Shown: piece by piece, positions 38,019 through 51,600 of the stretch
Layout: each line of letters starts with the position of its first letter
Position numbering within the stretch: position 1 is the stretch's first letter
Assembly (NCBI GenBank): GCA_024679065.1
Contig: JAGIQG010000009.1
Coordinates: 107,322,001-107,386,000 of the forward strand
Length of the DNA: 64,000 bases
Source of the DNA: Sphyrna mokarran
Lineage: Eukaryota
Direction of reading: 5' to 3'
Notes under the pieces: generated by a model
Seen by the model: only the letters and a program-made list of their open reading frames with translations
What the model was told of the DNA's origin: nothing
Database searches by the model: none
Program-made: the position numbers and the translations under genes

Positions 38019-38560
38019 CAATCTCAGACAGGAATCTTACTCCATCATTGGAACTGGGTACCAAATTGTGTATTAATGTGTTTCAGTCTTACATTTTGAC
38101 TTACGGAGTCTTATAAAGTTAACATCAAATGCACGTTGTCTAGAGCACTACATAGTAACAGATTAAATGAAATACAATACTATATGGTGCCAAGTGATGT
38201 AGGCAGACCAATACATAATAACGAATAATATAAGGTAACTAACCAGTAGTTGGAAGAATTAAATCAGTTGTATCAGATACTGAAACTATTATTGCATTTA
38301 TGGTATCTTAAATAACGCATTCGTCAATCTCAGACAGGAATCTGACTCCAACATTGGAACTGACACCAAATTGTGTATTAATGTGTTTCAATCTTATATT
38401 TTGAATTATGGAGTCTTATAAAGTTAACACCAAACGAGATTAGCTAGACCGCTACATAGTAGCAGATTAAATATTGTGTGGCACCAAGAGCAATATATAA
38501 AAATGAATAATATAAGGTAACTAACCGGTAGTTGGAAGAAAGAGAATCAGCTGTATCAGA
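38019..38560. repeat. Diverged tandem duplication (~250-300 bp unit) upstream of gene B
   Basis: caatctcagacaggaatct...gtatcagat occurs at ~38019-38279 and ~38325-38561. Confidence 0.85.
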
Positions 38561-39519
38561 TTAATTTTTCGAATAGAATCCATCGTCAATACAGGGCACA
38601 TTTTGTGCTGTGCTGTTGAAGCCAAGTACTGTCAATATCTTGAGGGCTGATTTCAGCAGTGACATTACTTGTGGGCTTGTATTGACGACACAGCATATGC
38701 AGATTGTGCTGCCACTGAAAGTGAAGTGAATGGTTTGCATTCAATGCGGTTGCGTAATACTGAACACTTTTTTTTACAATTGCACGGGACATGTTACTCA
38801 GGAAATTTAGAGTGGGATAATGCAGGATTTTGCATCTGTCAGTAATGAGTCTTTATAATAAGATGTTCCCTGTTAAATGCTTCTAAAGTGGACATCACTT
38901 CTTTCGGCGTAGCTTCTGACTTGACCGTAAGTGAACTTCGGGCAAGACCATGGGGAATGGAAGAATGCATAATTAAACTTAGTTTTTAAATGTGAATCGA
39001 ATGATATCTTTCTGCTAAAATGCCAGTACAAACAGTGAAAGAACACATTACAATGAAAGTTATTGGACTATGTTATCTTGCATGAAGGTGTAAAGTGCAG
39101 CACCAATCTTATCAACAATAAAAAGATGCCTTCTGAAAAGTTATGTGCTACTTTATGCACTCAATTAGAGAGGTGTCAATGACTTGAGAGCGGTGCTGGA
39201 GTAATAACGAAGAACATATGCTATGCTTTATTTGAGCCTGTTCAGGGGACACATTTAGGGGACACATTTAAAAGATTCTCAGAAAATTTTAAAAAAAGCA
39301 AGTGCTGAAAATATCTTTGGAGAAACCGAGTTAACGTTTTGAGTCCAATATGCAGATTCGGAACAGTCACTCCGTTTCTCCCTCCACTGGTTTTGCGAGA
39401 CCTGCAGAACTTTTTCAGCACTTCGTTTCATTTCAGATTTCCAGCTCCCGTACTACCTTGATTTCGATTTACAGAGAATCGCAAGTTGGATGAAAAATAT
39501 ACAAAAGAAAAATTAAAAG

Positions 39520-39980
39520 GATGTTACCGAGACTGGAAGGCTTCAATTATAAGGAGGGGCAGAAGAAACTGGGACTTTTCCTCCTGGAACATAGGAGGAC
39601 GAGGATAGTGGTTTATAAAATCATGAGAGGCAAATATAAGGTGAATAGCCAAGATCTTTTCCGTAAGATAAGGGAGTCCAAAACTGGACAGCATAAGTTA
39701 AGATGAGAGAAGAAATATTTAGAAACCTGAAGGGCAACCTTTTCATATAGGGGGTGTTGCGGGTATGGCCTGAGCTACTGGAGGAGATATATGGACTGAA
39801 CTGATAGAGTACAACTGCAACATTTTAAAGACATTTGGACAGGTACATGGATGGAAAGATACGTGGAGGGATGTGGGCCAAACGCACGCAAATGAGACTA
39901 GTTCCTTTTAGGAAACTTAGTAGGCATGGATAAGTTGGGCCGAAGTGCCTATTTCCTTGTTGTATATCTCCGTGATTCCA
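39520..39980 (+). mobile_element. CR1-type LINE 3' fragment
   Basis: MLPRLEGFNYKE..KKLGLF.LE.RR, VYKIMRG. Confidence 0.8.
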
Positions 39981-40036
39981 TGATATCTAACCTTTTTCAT
40001 CTTACCTGAAAAATGTAGGAAAGTCATATTAACGGA

Positions 40037-40312
40037 GGGCGGCATGTTGGGACAGTATATGACACCGTTATCACATTGCGCCAGTGATCCGGGTTTGATT
40101 CCTCGCTTGAATCACTGCCTGTGCAATATTTACGCATTCATCCGTGTCAGTGTGGTGCTCCCATTTCTTCCCATAGTCCGAAGGATGTGTTGCTTAGGTG
40201 CATTGGCAATGCTAACTTCTCCCTCAGTGTACCGAATAGGTGAGTAGGGGATTGGCGCAGTCGCTTCGTTGCAATGTTAATGTAAACCAGCTTATGACAC
40301 TAATCAATAAAG
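40037..40312 (+). mobile_element. SINE (alternative tail)
   Basis: Decayed head and core; tail gcaatgttaatgtaaacc..cttatgacactaatcaataaa. Confidence 0.7.
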
Positions 40313-40454
40313 CAAACAATACCGAAGTTCATGGATGTTACCCTTATCATAATGACCATGGATCATTTGGTTGAAGTGGCAGGGTACAATAATACGTTGG
40401 AACTGCTAGACAATGGAAGACAAAGGGTTACTCTGTAACAGGGTTCTTGTGATA

Positions 40455-42000
40455 CCTGTCATCGCACTTAATAATGAAGTTTTGACGAATCGCAACAATC
40501 CATTTCTGTCCTTTGACCCTGACCTGCGACAAAGAAGACACTAGAGATGGGGAGATTTGGAATCAGAGGCCTAAAATAAAACTTGATTGCCAATCCCGTT
40601 AAAATAAAAGCACTTTATTTCCCATTCACCCTCGTGATTATAGTATCATAGAATCCTACAGTGTAGAGGGAGTCGATTCGGCCCATCAAGTCTGCACCAA
40701 CCAGAATCCCCCCCCACGTCCTATCTCCATAACTCTATGTATTTATTCTAGCTAATCCCTCTGACAATAAGGGACAATTTAGCAGAGCCAATCCATCTAA
40801 CACGCACATCTTTAGACTGTGGGAGGGAGACGGAGTACCCGGAGGAAATCCACACAGTCGGGGGTCGGGGGGAGGGGGAGAATGTACAGTCTCCACATAG
40901 ACAGTGATCCAAGCCGGGAATTGAACCCGGGCCCCTGGCACTGTGAGGCAGCAGTGCTGACCACTGTGCCACCGCCCCTCCCCCCTATCACTCAAATGGC
41001 CTAAATCCCAAAATTTAGACATTTAACATAAAACTATCGAGTTTGCAGTTCCATGGACTAATTTGATTTGATTTCTTCATCCATTAGGTAGTTTTTTCAG
41101 CAATTAATTAACGACCTGTTCACGGATTGTTTTTATTCCCTCTTGATTACGTCATTTAATCGATATCACGTATTTTGGTTCCACGCTTCAACATTTTCCA
41201 AATGCCAATTCACTTCGTCCTTTTTTATTGTCTGTAATAATTTCTTCACTTTGGACGTTAGATTTCCTAACTTCGCATGGTCTAAATTCTCCAACCCCTT
41301 TAGAGTTCCAAAATCTTCAATGAATTTCCTTCTAAGTCGTTACTTCTTCAACTCCCATTTCGCTCGTCACAATTCAGTCCCTCCAATTTCTTACTAAATC
41401 TGACTGCTCCTTTCTGTGGCCCTTGAATTACTGTTTTTCTTTCATTGTGCTTAGCTGAGTACACCGGTTATTACAGAATGAAAATGTGGGTTGGACAATC
41501 CTTGTTGTTTATGGCGCGTAACGGACCGTTCTGTTCCCCCAAATCAGACAGCATTCAAACTCACTTACATCAGTAATGTTGTGAGATTTAGTGATACAGC
41601 CCAAAATATTCAGTTGGAAAAGTTGGCATTGGACATTGGGGACGCAGACAATACCGAATTCGTAGCCTTTTTTGCACAGCAGATTTTCTTTTCGGGAAGT
41701 GCTGTAAAATATACTGCATCTTCCAACAACAACAACTTCCGTAATTTTCAGGGAAGGAGGGTGTTGGACTTTGGCAGCTCTGTTCGTTCTTTATAGCTGC
41801 CAATTGATCCTCATATAACTAAATTTTATGCAAACAATATCAGTCCGACTCCGTAAAGGGGGAAGGGGAAGGTGTGGGTGGGCAATAGCTAAGGAGGAGA
41901 GCTGCCGGGGCGGCGGGGTCGTGTGGTATCCATCAGATTACCTTCCGGGCGATAAAGTTGAAAATCTACATCTCGGGAAGATTAAAACATTCAATGGCTT
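40455..42000 (-). pseudogene. Heavily decayed IgSF pseudogene: V-set-like exon (~42000-41569), second Ig-like exon (41454 to ~41150), possible TM-like exon from 40523
   Basis: Motifs recovered across shifting frames: IFPRCRF, KVI*W, GSYKERTEL, SLKITEV, EDA-IFY(S), donor gtaagt at 41568; second exon LEGNSLKILEL...CEV; several stops and frameshifts. Confidence 0.45.
40646..40977 (-). mobile_element. HE1/V-SINE-type SINE
   Basis: Reverse complement gggcggtggcacagtggtcagcactgctgcctcacagtgccagggg. Confidence 0.88.
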
Positions 42001-42640
42001 CACAGAATACAGGCGGATGTGTAAGAATTTGAAAAACAAGTTAAACATGCACATCCCATAGAATCACTCTGCCGAAAATTTTCGCTGCAAGTACACATTA
42101 TATCTGTTTTGTGCAATTTGGCTCTAAATGATATTCGGTAGGGTAATTTTTGATTTGACGCACATTGGAGATGTTAAATCCATTTATTTCTCTCATCTAC
42201 TGTGAGTTTTACTATATCCGGAAGAATTGGAAATAGACCTTTCTCTTCTACGTGACGACGATAGGCCTGCTACGTGACTCAACGCAGCTTAGAACCGAAC
42301 GTGAGTATTGGTAATATTGAAGGCCACAGCAACGCGTTTCGCATCTGCCGCCGTTTAAAATAACGCCTAGAGAAAGTGGGGATAAATTATTTATAAACAT
42401 TTGAATCTGATTGGACAGAAAACTCATCCGCCTCAACATTAAGGCTTGGCGGATGCAGACAGAAGACACAGAAACCAAATACCTAACAAACGTTCATTCA
42501 CTCTTTTGATTTTACCCCATGTCAAGTGGCGTTAAGAAGTGTCACCAGAAGAGAAAATGCTGGAAAATCTCAGTAGGTCTGGCATCTGTAAGGAGAGAAA
42601 AGAGTTGACGTTTCGAATCCAGATGACTCTTTGTCAAAGC

Positions 42641-42795
42641 TTTGACTGTGGGAGGAAACCGGAGCACCAGGAGGAAACACACGCAGACACAGGGAGAATG
42701 TGCAAACGCCACACAGATAGTGACCGAAGCCCGGAATCCAACTCGCGTCCCTGGTGCTGTGAGGCAGCAGTGCTAACCATTGAGCCACCGTGCCA
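42641..42795 (-). mobile_element. HE1/V-SINE-type SINE, 5' half
   Basis: Head and core, joined to a Penelope-like end at 42550-42640. Confidence 0.8.
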
Positions 42796-43312
42796 ACCGT
42801 GGAACTTATTTGTTTGTACATGATCCACATTTCTAAACCTTTTCTGTTAACATTTACCAACGCGGAACATCATCTCTCCGTTTAAGATCAGAAGATGCAA
42901 TCATAATAACTCTTGGCTTAGTCTGAGACTACTTGCTAAATGGTCAGAATTTCAATTTTTTATGCATACGCCTTTATTCTATGAAGTCACCTTTACTGTT
43001 GCAAGCAGATTTAGCAGCTTCGCTGTTAGAGCTTTTTATATTAGATTGGAAGGCCAGAGTGTCACAAATTGCAACAAATGTTAAAGTACGTGATCTGCAA
43101 AAGCAACACTTTCTTGACAATAGATAAATTGCCCCTCAGTGTCAGGAGGACAAGGGTAAATGTTTGGTATTGTTTGTGGGATTGTGGTCAGTGCAGACTC
43201 AATGGACCGAATGGCATCCTTCCGCACGGTATGATTCTATAATGATACTCAATTTTTCATAAAATGTTTGACGTTAGCCAACCATACAGTGGAAGTTCGA
43301 TTAGCCTTTTAG

Positions 43313-43458
43313 NNNNNNNNNNNNNNNNNNNNNNNNNNNNNNNNNNNNNNNNNNNNNNNNNNNNNNNNNNNNNNNNNNNNNNNNNNNNNNNNNNNNNNNN
43401 NNNNNNNNNNNNNNNNNNNNNNNNNNNNNNNNNNNNNNNNNNNNNNNNNNNNNNNNNN
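43313..43458. other. Assembly gap (146 N)
   Basis: Run of n. Confidence 1.
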
Positions 43459-44114
43459 CTGTGTGAGTATGTATGTGTGTGCGCCCATGTGTGTAAATGA
43501 ATATACATATGATACATAAAGCACAAAATTTAATCATGTGAAAGCTTGTTGTGTAACAGCGAGCCCCAATATTTTAGTTAGAGAAGTTGCCTCAATCCGT
43601 TCTTGACTTCCGAGACCACCTGCAGGTCTATGTGCTCACATACAAGCGTTCTTACTCACTTCACTTCTCCTGCGGCCGTGTGCATCTGGAGGATATTATT
43701 AAAGGGAGCTCATACACATATTTTAGCAATGGGTCAATGTTGGTTTCAACGTCTCTTTGCACCTCCCGAGTGCGGGGGGAGGGGGGTGGGGGCGGGTGGC
43801 GGGGGGAAATGCGGATAAGTGGATTGTAGTTCTGGCGGAAGTTAGTTTGGCCTAGCTCTCTCATTCCTGTTTCAGCAAAGGAGGTGAGACAGCTATGCAA
43901 GTATATCATCACATTATTAAAGTGCACGGATCTATATTCAATCTTTCTCATTTACTGAAAATTTTGTTAGCCTTGCTTAATTGCTACTAGCCTACAAATT
44001 TTAATGGACGTTAGAAGGAGGTAAAATTATTTTTACGGAGCGTGTGGATGAACAACATAAATAAAGTAAAATTACGAATGATGCTTTTTCTTTAAGATGC
44101 TTCGGAAACAGAAC

Positions 44115-44150
<36 letters not shown>
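44115..44150. repeat. (TG)n microsatellite
   Basis: tgtgtg...cgcgcg.tgtgtg. Confidence 0.9.
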
Positions 44151-44151
<1 letters not shown>

Positions 44152-47100
44152 TTATTTGTGTATATGTAAATATTTTTAGTTGGAAATAAAACTTATTAAT
44201 TTGTACATGATTTACATTTCCAACCATGCAGTAATGTAATCTATCAATTCAGCTAAACACGCGCTGTGCTAATCCAGGCGTGGAGAATGTATTGCATTTT
44301 TGCATGGCGTCAGAAATTAGTGAAAAGTCTGTTGAAGAGGTAAGAATATTAGAATAGCTCACTCTCCCTTCCTGTCGCCTGTGAAAGACAAGCGTTGTTG
44401 CCTTTCCTTTACTCTTTGCGAGGTCGACGATCGCTATGTTCACAATTGAATGCTCCCATAGTCTGTTTGGAGCGTACCGCCGACTTAAACCACCTAATTG
44501 GGTGTAGTTGCTCATTCAATTGCAATTGTCTCCAATTCCCTTCCATTGCTATCAAATCCTTTATTCGTTCCACTACGGTATTTATCTATTTCACAGAATA
44601 ACTATGTGCTTTTTCAAACGCATGCAAGAAATTAGATAATAATTCTCCAAGAAAACACACACAAATGACAAATGTTTACTATTGCTGGTGTGATTTCAAA
44701 AGTGGTTTGTCGCGGTTATTGAATTGGGCGGTGGTAATATAGCATCAAGCCTCAGATTCCCCTGAATCCAAGATGGGAAATAATTGTGATTGTATCCCAA
44801 CATAGACTGAATTCAGAGACAATCAATCAACACAAGAACGATTAAAGAATAATGGATGTTTATTTTTATCACCTTCTGATTTGATTATGGATATGGACGT
44901 TACTGGCTCTGCCAGCGTTTGCTATATATTAGTTATTGCCCTTGAACTGAGTAACTTCCTAGTCCATTTCAGAGGACATTTAAAAGTCAACCCCTTGTTG
45001 TGAGTCTGAAGTCACATCTAGGCCAGGCCAGGTGATGATGGACATTAGTAAAATAGATAGGTGTTTTGAACAATTGGCAATGTTTCCAGATTTCCTTTGT
45101 TTGGATTCAGGTTTCATCTAGGGTTCGAAATAGGGACCCCAGAGCATTAGTGTGGATTCCTAGCCCAGTGCCAATATGACTATGTTATCGCCTTGCCGTA
45201 TGCAGCTGCAGTAAAACAACAATGGCCTTCAGATCGTATAATTGGTCTTAATGAGATTGACATCAATAACCCAATATGGTAGTGAAGCTATTTCATTATT
45301 CTATGCACAATAAAGATCACAAAGGAAAGATTCAGTATGACTGGGCCACTCGACTCTGGCCTGGCATTTGATAAGACCATAATCTGGGTGTACACACAGG
45401 TCAACCTTCCCACTGGCATCTCCATAACCTTTGCTACCCTTGAATTAAGAAAAAACATCAGGGTTATCTACAATGGCGAAAGGAAGGTGTGGCGCTGTTT
45501 TAAAAAATATGAAAGCCTACATAACAATAGTTCAGGCTGTCACTCTCTTCCCAAAACAATGAACTATGTCCACTAAATACAATTGCACCATTCAACTGGG
45601 CAAGTTAGCTTGGTGATGCATACCGCGGGGAATACAGCCACGATTGCTCATTAGTCGCTATCTCCTTCCACTGAGCAGTTGACATGATTAGGTATGAACT
45701 GAATAGAGATTTTGAGAGCCAGTATACCTCAGGAGCGGGATAAGGTTGAGAGTGTCGGGTCTGCTTGAATAACCTCAATCGACACTGGAATTGAACCCAC
45801 ACTTGTTGTTATCATGCGCCAGTTGGCTAGCCGACTGAGCTATCGGATCTCCAAATACAATTGCACTGATGATGCCTTATAATGTCGGTGCCTCTCGAAT
45901 CCTGTTATTTTCGACTGTAAACTGATAAATTAAAATCGTATCATTAAACCTATAATCTTCAGGTGGTCTCATTGTTCTAATTCAAAATGGAAGTGAGTAT
46001 GTTTACGGGTTTCGCGATGCGGAATACTTTCTGAATAAAGAATTGAGGCTTTAAGTATTAGACCGTGATCAGATTCTTTTATCCTGCTGCAGTTCAGTTG
46101 CACCGGATATTGCCTATAAGAACAAATAAAGGTCTGGCAGACACTACCCCGGGAACTAGTCTCCACAAGGATATGTTTATGCTCGGGTGACACATTTCAA
46201 TCTGTCTTTGCATTATTAGAATGGAAACAGAATTGTGTGAATTTATTAGTTTTCACTTACCAGTCGCGTTCAATTGATCGCCCCCTCACCTTGTCAACAG
46301 CTTCACACACCGTCAGATTCCTGGAACTCTCTGCATTTGGGACTTTAGTAATCATTGTAATGCCACATAAATTGGCGTCTGACTCTTTTAGATATTAGAT
46401 ATTTGCCCAAATCACCAGCGTTTCTTTTAGGCCATGTGCTCACTGCGGTGTGACTGGTGCATCCGTTCTTCCATAATTCACGGTTCAGCCCAGAGGCGTT
46501 GAAAACGCCATCCTCCCTGCCCACTAAGCGCCAGCACCCCCATCCAGGCATTGCATGTATAACATGAGCTAACTAAATATATTGAGATTCACACCTTGAC
46601 CGCGTAGGGAGTAATTCTAGTTGTATTTACACCTCACCGTACTGCATTGCAAGTCAACCGATAGATAAATTACACAGTATAGAAATGAAACTCGCTGTTG
46701 CAAAAGGTGCGAAAGTATTAGGCGCCCGTATTAAAATAGATTCCTTGCGAATTGTGTTTCTTGCAACTCTGCAAATGTTTGAACCTTGTTATCGCGTGTG
46801 TGCCGGTTTTGTAATTAGCCGCAAAAGGCTGAGCGAATTGGTTCCATTATGAAACAGAGAGTCAGGTCACCTCTAACCGGAGAAAGGCAGGGCATACGTG
46901 AAATATAAAACGTACGCACACATAGATACATACGTACACGCGTGCGCACGTATAGATATGATTGCATGCATGCATGCGTAAATGGAAACATAGAAACTAG
47001 AAGTAGGAGGAAGCCATTCAGCCCTTCGAACCCGCTCCGCCATTCATTTTGTTTGTGGCTGATCATCAAATTCAATATTTTGATCTCCCCTTCCCCGCGT

Positions 47101-49731
47101 ATCCCTTGATCAATTTGGTCCCAAGAGCTATAGAAATGATTACATACATAAAAACATACATACGAATTAGGAGCAGGAGTAGGCCACTCGGCCCTTCAAT
47201 AATATCATGGCTAATCTGATCGCAACTTCAACTCCACATTCCCACCTACCTCACCCATACGCTTCTCAATAATCTATCCACCTCTGCTTTAAAACGTATA
47301 AAGTGTTGCATCCAAAACTTTTCCAGGAAGACAATTACAAGGATCATGTCCTCTGAGTGAAAGTAATCGCCTTATCCCTGTCGAAAATGGGCGGCTCCTC
47401 ATATTTTAAGCAGTGACCCCTTGATTTTCCCAAAAAAGGAAACATCCATTCCACCTCCACCCTGTCAAGAACTCTATAGATTTTAAAGTTTGCGTGCCAC
47501 TTTGAAGCAACTCAGAACAGGCTAACCATTGCACATTAAATAGCTTCTTTCACCGTATTTGCATCGGCACTTGTTTCAATTCCAAATCTACAGGTGATGT
47601 TCGAGACGGAAGAACGTTATTTAAATCAGTGTTTAATTTTTGACTGTTACAAAAAAAAAAGTCTAAATGCATGAATGCCAATTCTTGCCTGAAATTATTT
47701 CAGAAGATAGAAAGTTGGAGCGAGTTTTTCTTCTTCCTGCGCCCAAGCCTCCGGCCTTAGCGAAGACAGAGATTAATCTCGGTACACAGTGGAAAATGTG
47801 TTCACAACTGACATTCATAAGACTATAAAATGGAGTAGAATTAGATCATTCGGCCCATCGAGTCTGCCCGCCATTCGATCATGGCTAATACGTTTCTCAA
47901 TTCCCATTCTCCTGCCTTTTCCCTGGAGTTTTTGATCCCCTTACCAAACAAAAACCTACTTATCTCAGTCTTAAATATATTCAGTTACTTAGCCACCACA
48001 GCTTTCTGTAGTTGTGTGGGCCATTCTCGACTGAACCTACTGCTGCAGACCTGTACCGTGCGGGCACTCCCACTTGAGTTGCGAGCAGGTTTATGATTAC
48101 AAATGTTCTCCCTTGTACCGAGGATCTCCGCCGTCCATAATATTAAAACATCCCAGACTGATAAGTGTACAATATTACAACTGGATCTACTGCTGCATAG
48201 TTATGAACTTATGGCTTATGATTGCTATTGCCCTAAAGGGAAGTATTTTTTTCTTGACCTATCCCATAGTTAACTCCACACTCACTGGAACACGGTTGAC
48301 GTTTAACTGGACTCGGGAGCAGGCAACCAATTGTTGAGTTGTGTCTATACAATAACATTTCACAGAGAATTGCACTTCATTGCAGTGTCAATGTAAGCCT
48401 TACCTGTGACTAATCAATAAACTTTAACATTTTAATTTTAACATTAGCATTGAAGAAAATTAAGTGTCGCCCTCACGGGACCAGCAGTGTGGGATATTAA
48501 ATGCGATATCTGCATACCAAAAATACATGTTTTCCACTGCGGGTAATTGATGGCACGCAACTGCGTAGCTTTGTCTGCTCCATATCCTCTGCCTCTTCAC
48601 AAGTGGGAGCAAAGTGCACTATTTGCAGACCTATATATGCAGCGTTATATAAATAGCGGCACAGTTTCTAAAATAACTAACATTTTCTGCAGTACACAGC
48701 CAGAGAAGCACGGTGCATGACGTGAGAAACAATTAACCACATGAAGAGAAGTCTCTACGCGAGGCCTGTAGATGAAAATGAAACGATACTCTGAGCAGTT
48801 GCAGGATTTCAATTCAATGGCGAAGACGGTCATCTCTCGATGGTGCAACAAATTATCAGCTGAATACAATACAGGTTAAATGTCATGTAACCTTGGACTT
48901 AAATTTTCACTACTTGATAATGTTGTGATGCCGTCAACGGATGGACAATAGCTGACAATAGAGTTATGACTTCCATTTGGCGCCCCACTGCAAAGACTAT
49001 ACAATGACATTTCAACACCGGTATATTGATGCAATGCTCATTATATTTGCAGTAGAGAGACATTTTAGGACAATATAACAATTATTAATTATTTCAAATT
49101 TAAATTTGGAATCTCGCAAACATTAATCACATTGACATCGTCTCTCTGAAATTTAGCCTTCAGTTTGGCCCTGAAAGAACTATCATATTATTGGACTAGA
49201 TACCTGGTGACAAAATACCATCCTCACTTTGTGACAGTTAGATTTTGTGCAACTAAAACAAAATACAGATTTCTATCTTCCCAGTTACATTGTGTTCAAA
49301 TGTGGAAACCCAAACTGTTATCTGGATCTTACCTTTACGTGCCCTTCTGTCTCCGCAGTTTTTGCTTGTTTTGATTTGTCGGGAAACATCACATAAGACC
49401 AGAAGTTGCGCCACTGTAGCCTGGTGCAATCCGTGTGGGTGAAAAATCTCTATTAAGACCAGAAGGAGATCATATAGACGTTGAACACTATGTCTTATAC
49501 TAGAATGGATCGTTCTTATAATCACATTTACAATGTTGTTTAATGTATCTGTAACTGTCCTCTTCAGTTTAATTTGAGCGACTGCGATGGACATTCTTAA
49601 TGGAAAATAAAAAGTCAGCAAAGAGAAGGAGCCACCTGGATGCCCTCTCCCCAGTAGTCCATTCCTCAGTTTCCCAGTCCTCAGTTTGCCCTCTGTTCAG
49701 CGCAGAATGCCTGATCACCTTGCCCTCCCTT

Positions 49732-50030
49732 GTGGCGGCACGGTGGCATCGTGTTTAGGACTGCTACTCACAGACCGAGGGACCCGGGTTCAATTCCGCC
49801 CTCGGTCCACTGTGGAGGTTGCACACTCCCCTTGCATGATACTCCAGTTTACTCCCACGGTCCAAAGAACTGCGGGTTTGTTTAATTGGCCATGCTAAAT
49901 TGACCCTAGTGTCAGGGGATTAGCAGGGTAAATATATTGGGTTATGGAGATAGAGCCTGGGTGGGATTGTGGTCGGTGCAGACTCGATGTGCTGAATGGC
50001 CTCCTTCTGCACAGTAGGGATCCTATGATT
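49732..50030 (+). mobile_element. HE1/V-SINE-type SINE
   Basis: ggcggcacggtggca...gggacccgggttcaattcc...ggcctccttctgcacagtagggatcctatgatt. Confidence 0.85.
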
Positions 50031-50364
50031 CCTGCCTAAGCTCCACAGAAAATTATCTGCTCCATTCCAGTCTGCACTCCTATCAGCTTCATTCCTCTCC
50101 CCAACAATATTCGGTCCTTAACCACCTCCACATTAACCCCAGCCTTCTATGCTACTGCCCATCAGTTGCAAATTTATATTCCCATCATATGCCAAGATCC
50201 AGAGCTCCTCCTACGAGCAGTGCAATGGGAAAGTCGCCCCTGTCCCTCGAACAGTTCCTTCCTGGGCGCCATGTTCCCCAGCTCTGGAAGCGACTCATTT
50301 CAAATGTTGAAGATTTGAAGCTCCTCAATTGAGAAAATGCCCTTCTAGCACCTTTAGTTTTTAT

Positions 50365-51600
50365 TCATTTATGGAGACATGGGCTTCGGTGGTTGGCCGT
50401 ATTTATTACCCATCCCTAATGGCCTTTGAGAAGGTGGTAATGAGTTGCCTTCTTGAAAGGCTGCAGACAGTGTGCAGCGGATTGGCCCACAGTGCCATTC
50501 GCGAGAGACAATCAGCATTTGGCCCAGCAACTGAAAAGGAACGGTAATATATTCCAAGTCAGGATGGTGAGTAGCTTGTAGAGGGACTTGCAAGCGATGG
50601 TGTTCCCATGTAGTTGCTGCCCTTGTCCTTCCAGGAGGAAATGGTCATGAGTTTGCAAGCTACTGTCTAAGCATCTTTAGTGAATTGCTGCAGTGCATAT
50701 TGTAGATAGTACACACTGCTGCAACTGAGCCTCACTGATAGAGGGAGTTTGCGGGTGTGGTGTCATTCAAGAGGGCTGCTTTGCCAAGCTTTCTGAGTGT
50801 TTGCTGGAGCTACACCCTTTCAGGCAAGTGGGGTGTATCCCATCACACTCCTAACTTGTGCTTTGTAGATGATGGACAGGCTTTGGGGAGTCAGGAGTTG
50901 AGTCACTTGAGCAGTATTCCTAACCTCTGACCTGCTCTTGTATCAGCTGCTTTATGTGGCAAGTCCAGTTGAGTTTGTGCTCAATAAGAGAACCAAGAAT
51001 GTTGAAAATGGGGGCGGGGGGAGGGGGTCATGTATGGTAACCCCATTGAGCGTCAAGAAGCGGCGGCTAGATTGTCGCTTATTAGTGATTATCATTGCCT
51101 GGCATTTGTGTCGTGCGAATGTTATGTCCCACTTGACAGGCCACAAGTTTTGATATTGTCCAGATCTGTTGCAGTTGAACATGGACTGCTTCAGATTGTG
51201 AAAAGTCACGAATGGTGGTGATCATTGTGCAACAATCAGTGAACGTCTCAACACGTGACTTTATGACTGGCGGCAGATAATTGCTGAAGCAGCTGTGTAT
51301 GGTTGGACCTGAGGAACTATCCCAAGGTACTCCTGCAGAGAGGCCCTGAAACTGACAGGATTGACCCTCCACAACCACAACTATTTTTTCTATGTGACAG
51401 GTATGACTCCAACCAGCAGAAAATTTGCCCCCGATACACATTGATTCCATTATGCTAGGGCTCGTTGATGCCATACCCGGTCGAATGCAATCTTGATGTC
51501 ACTCACCTCTGGCATTCAGCTCATGTTTGAACCAAGGCTGTAATGAGGTCAAGAGCTGAGTGACCTGGGCTCGCTAAGCAGGTTATTGCCGAGCAGGTGC
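50365..51600 (-). mobile_element. CR1/L2-clade LINE fragment (second family)
   Basis: VVVEGQS...SAGVP..S..GP, KCQAMII motifs; its 3' tail recurs at several other sites (e.g. ~11400, ~3150). Confidence 0.8.

Noticed and set aside
43257-43537. ORFs spanning X runs
   Set aside because: Artefacts of the assembly gap.
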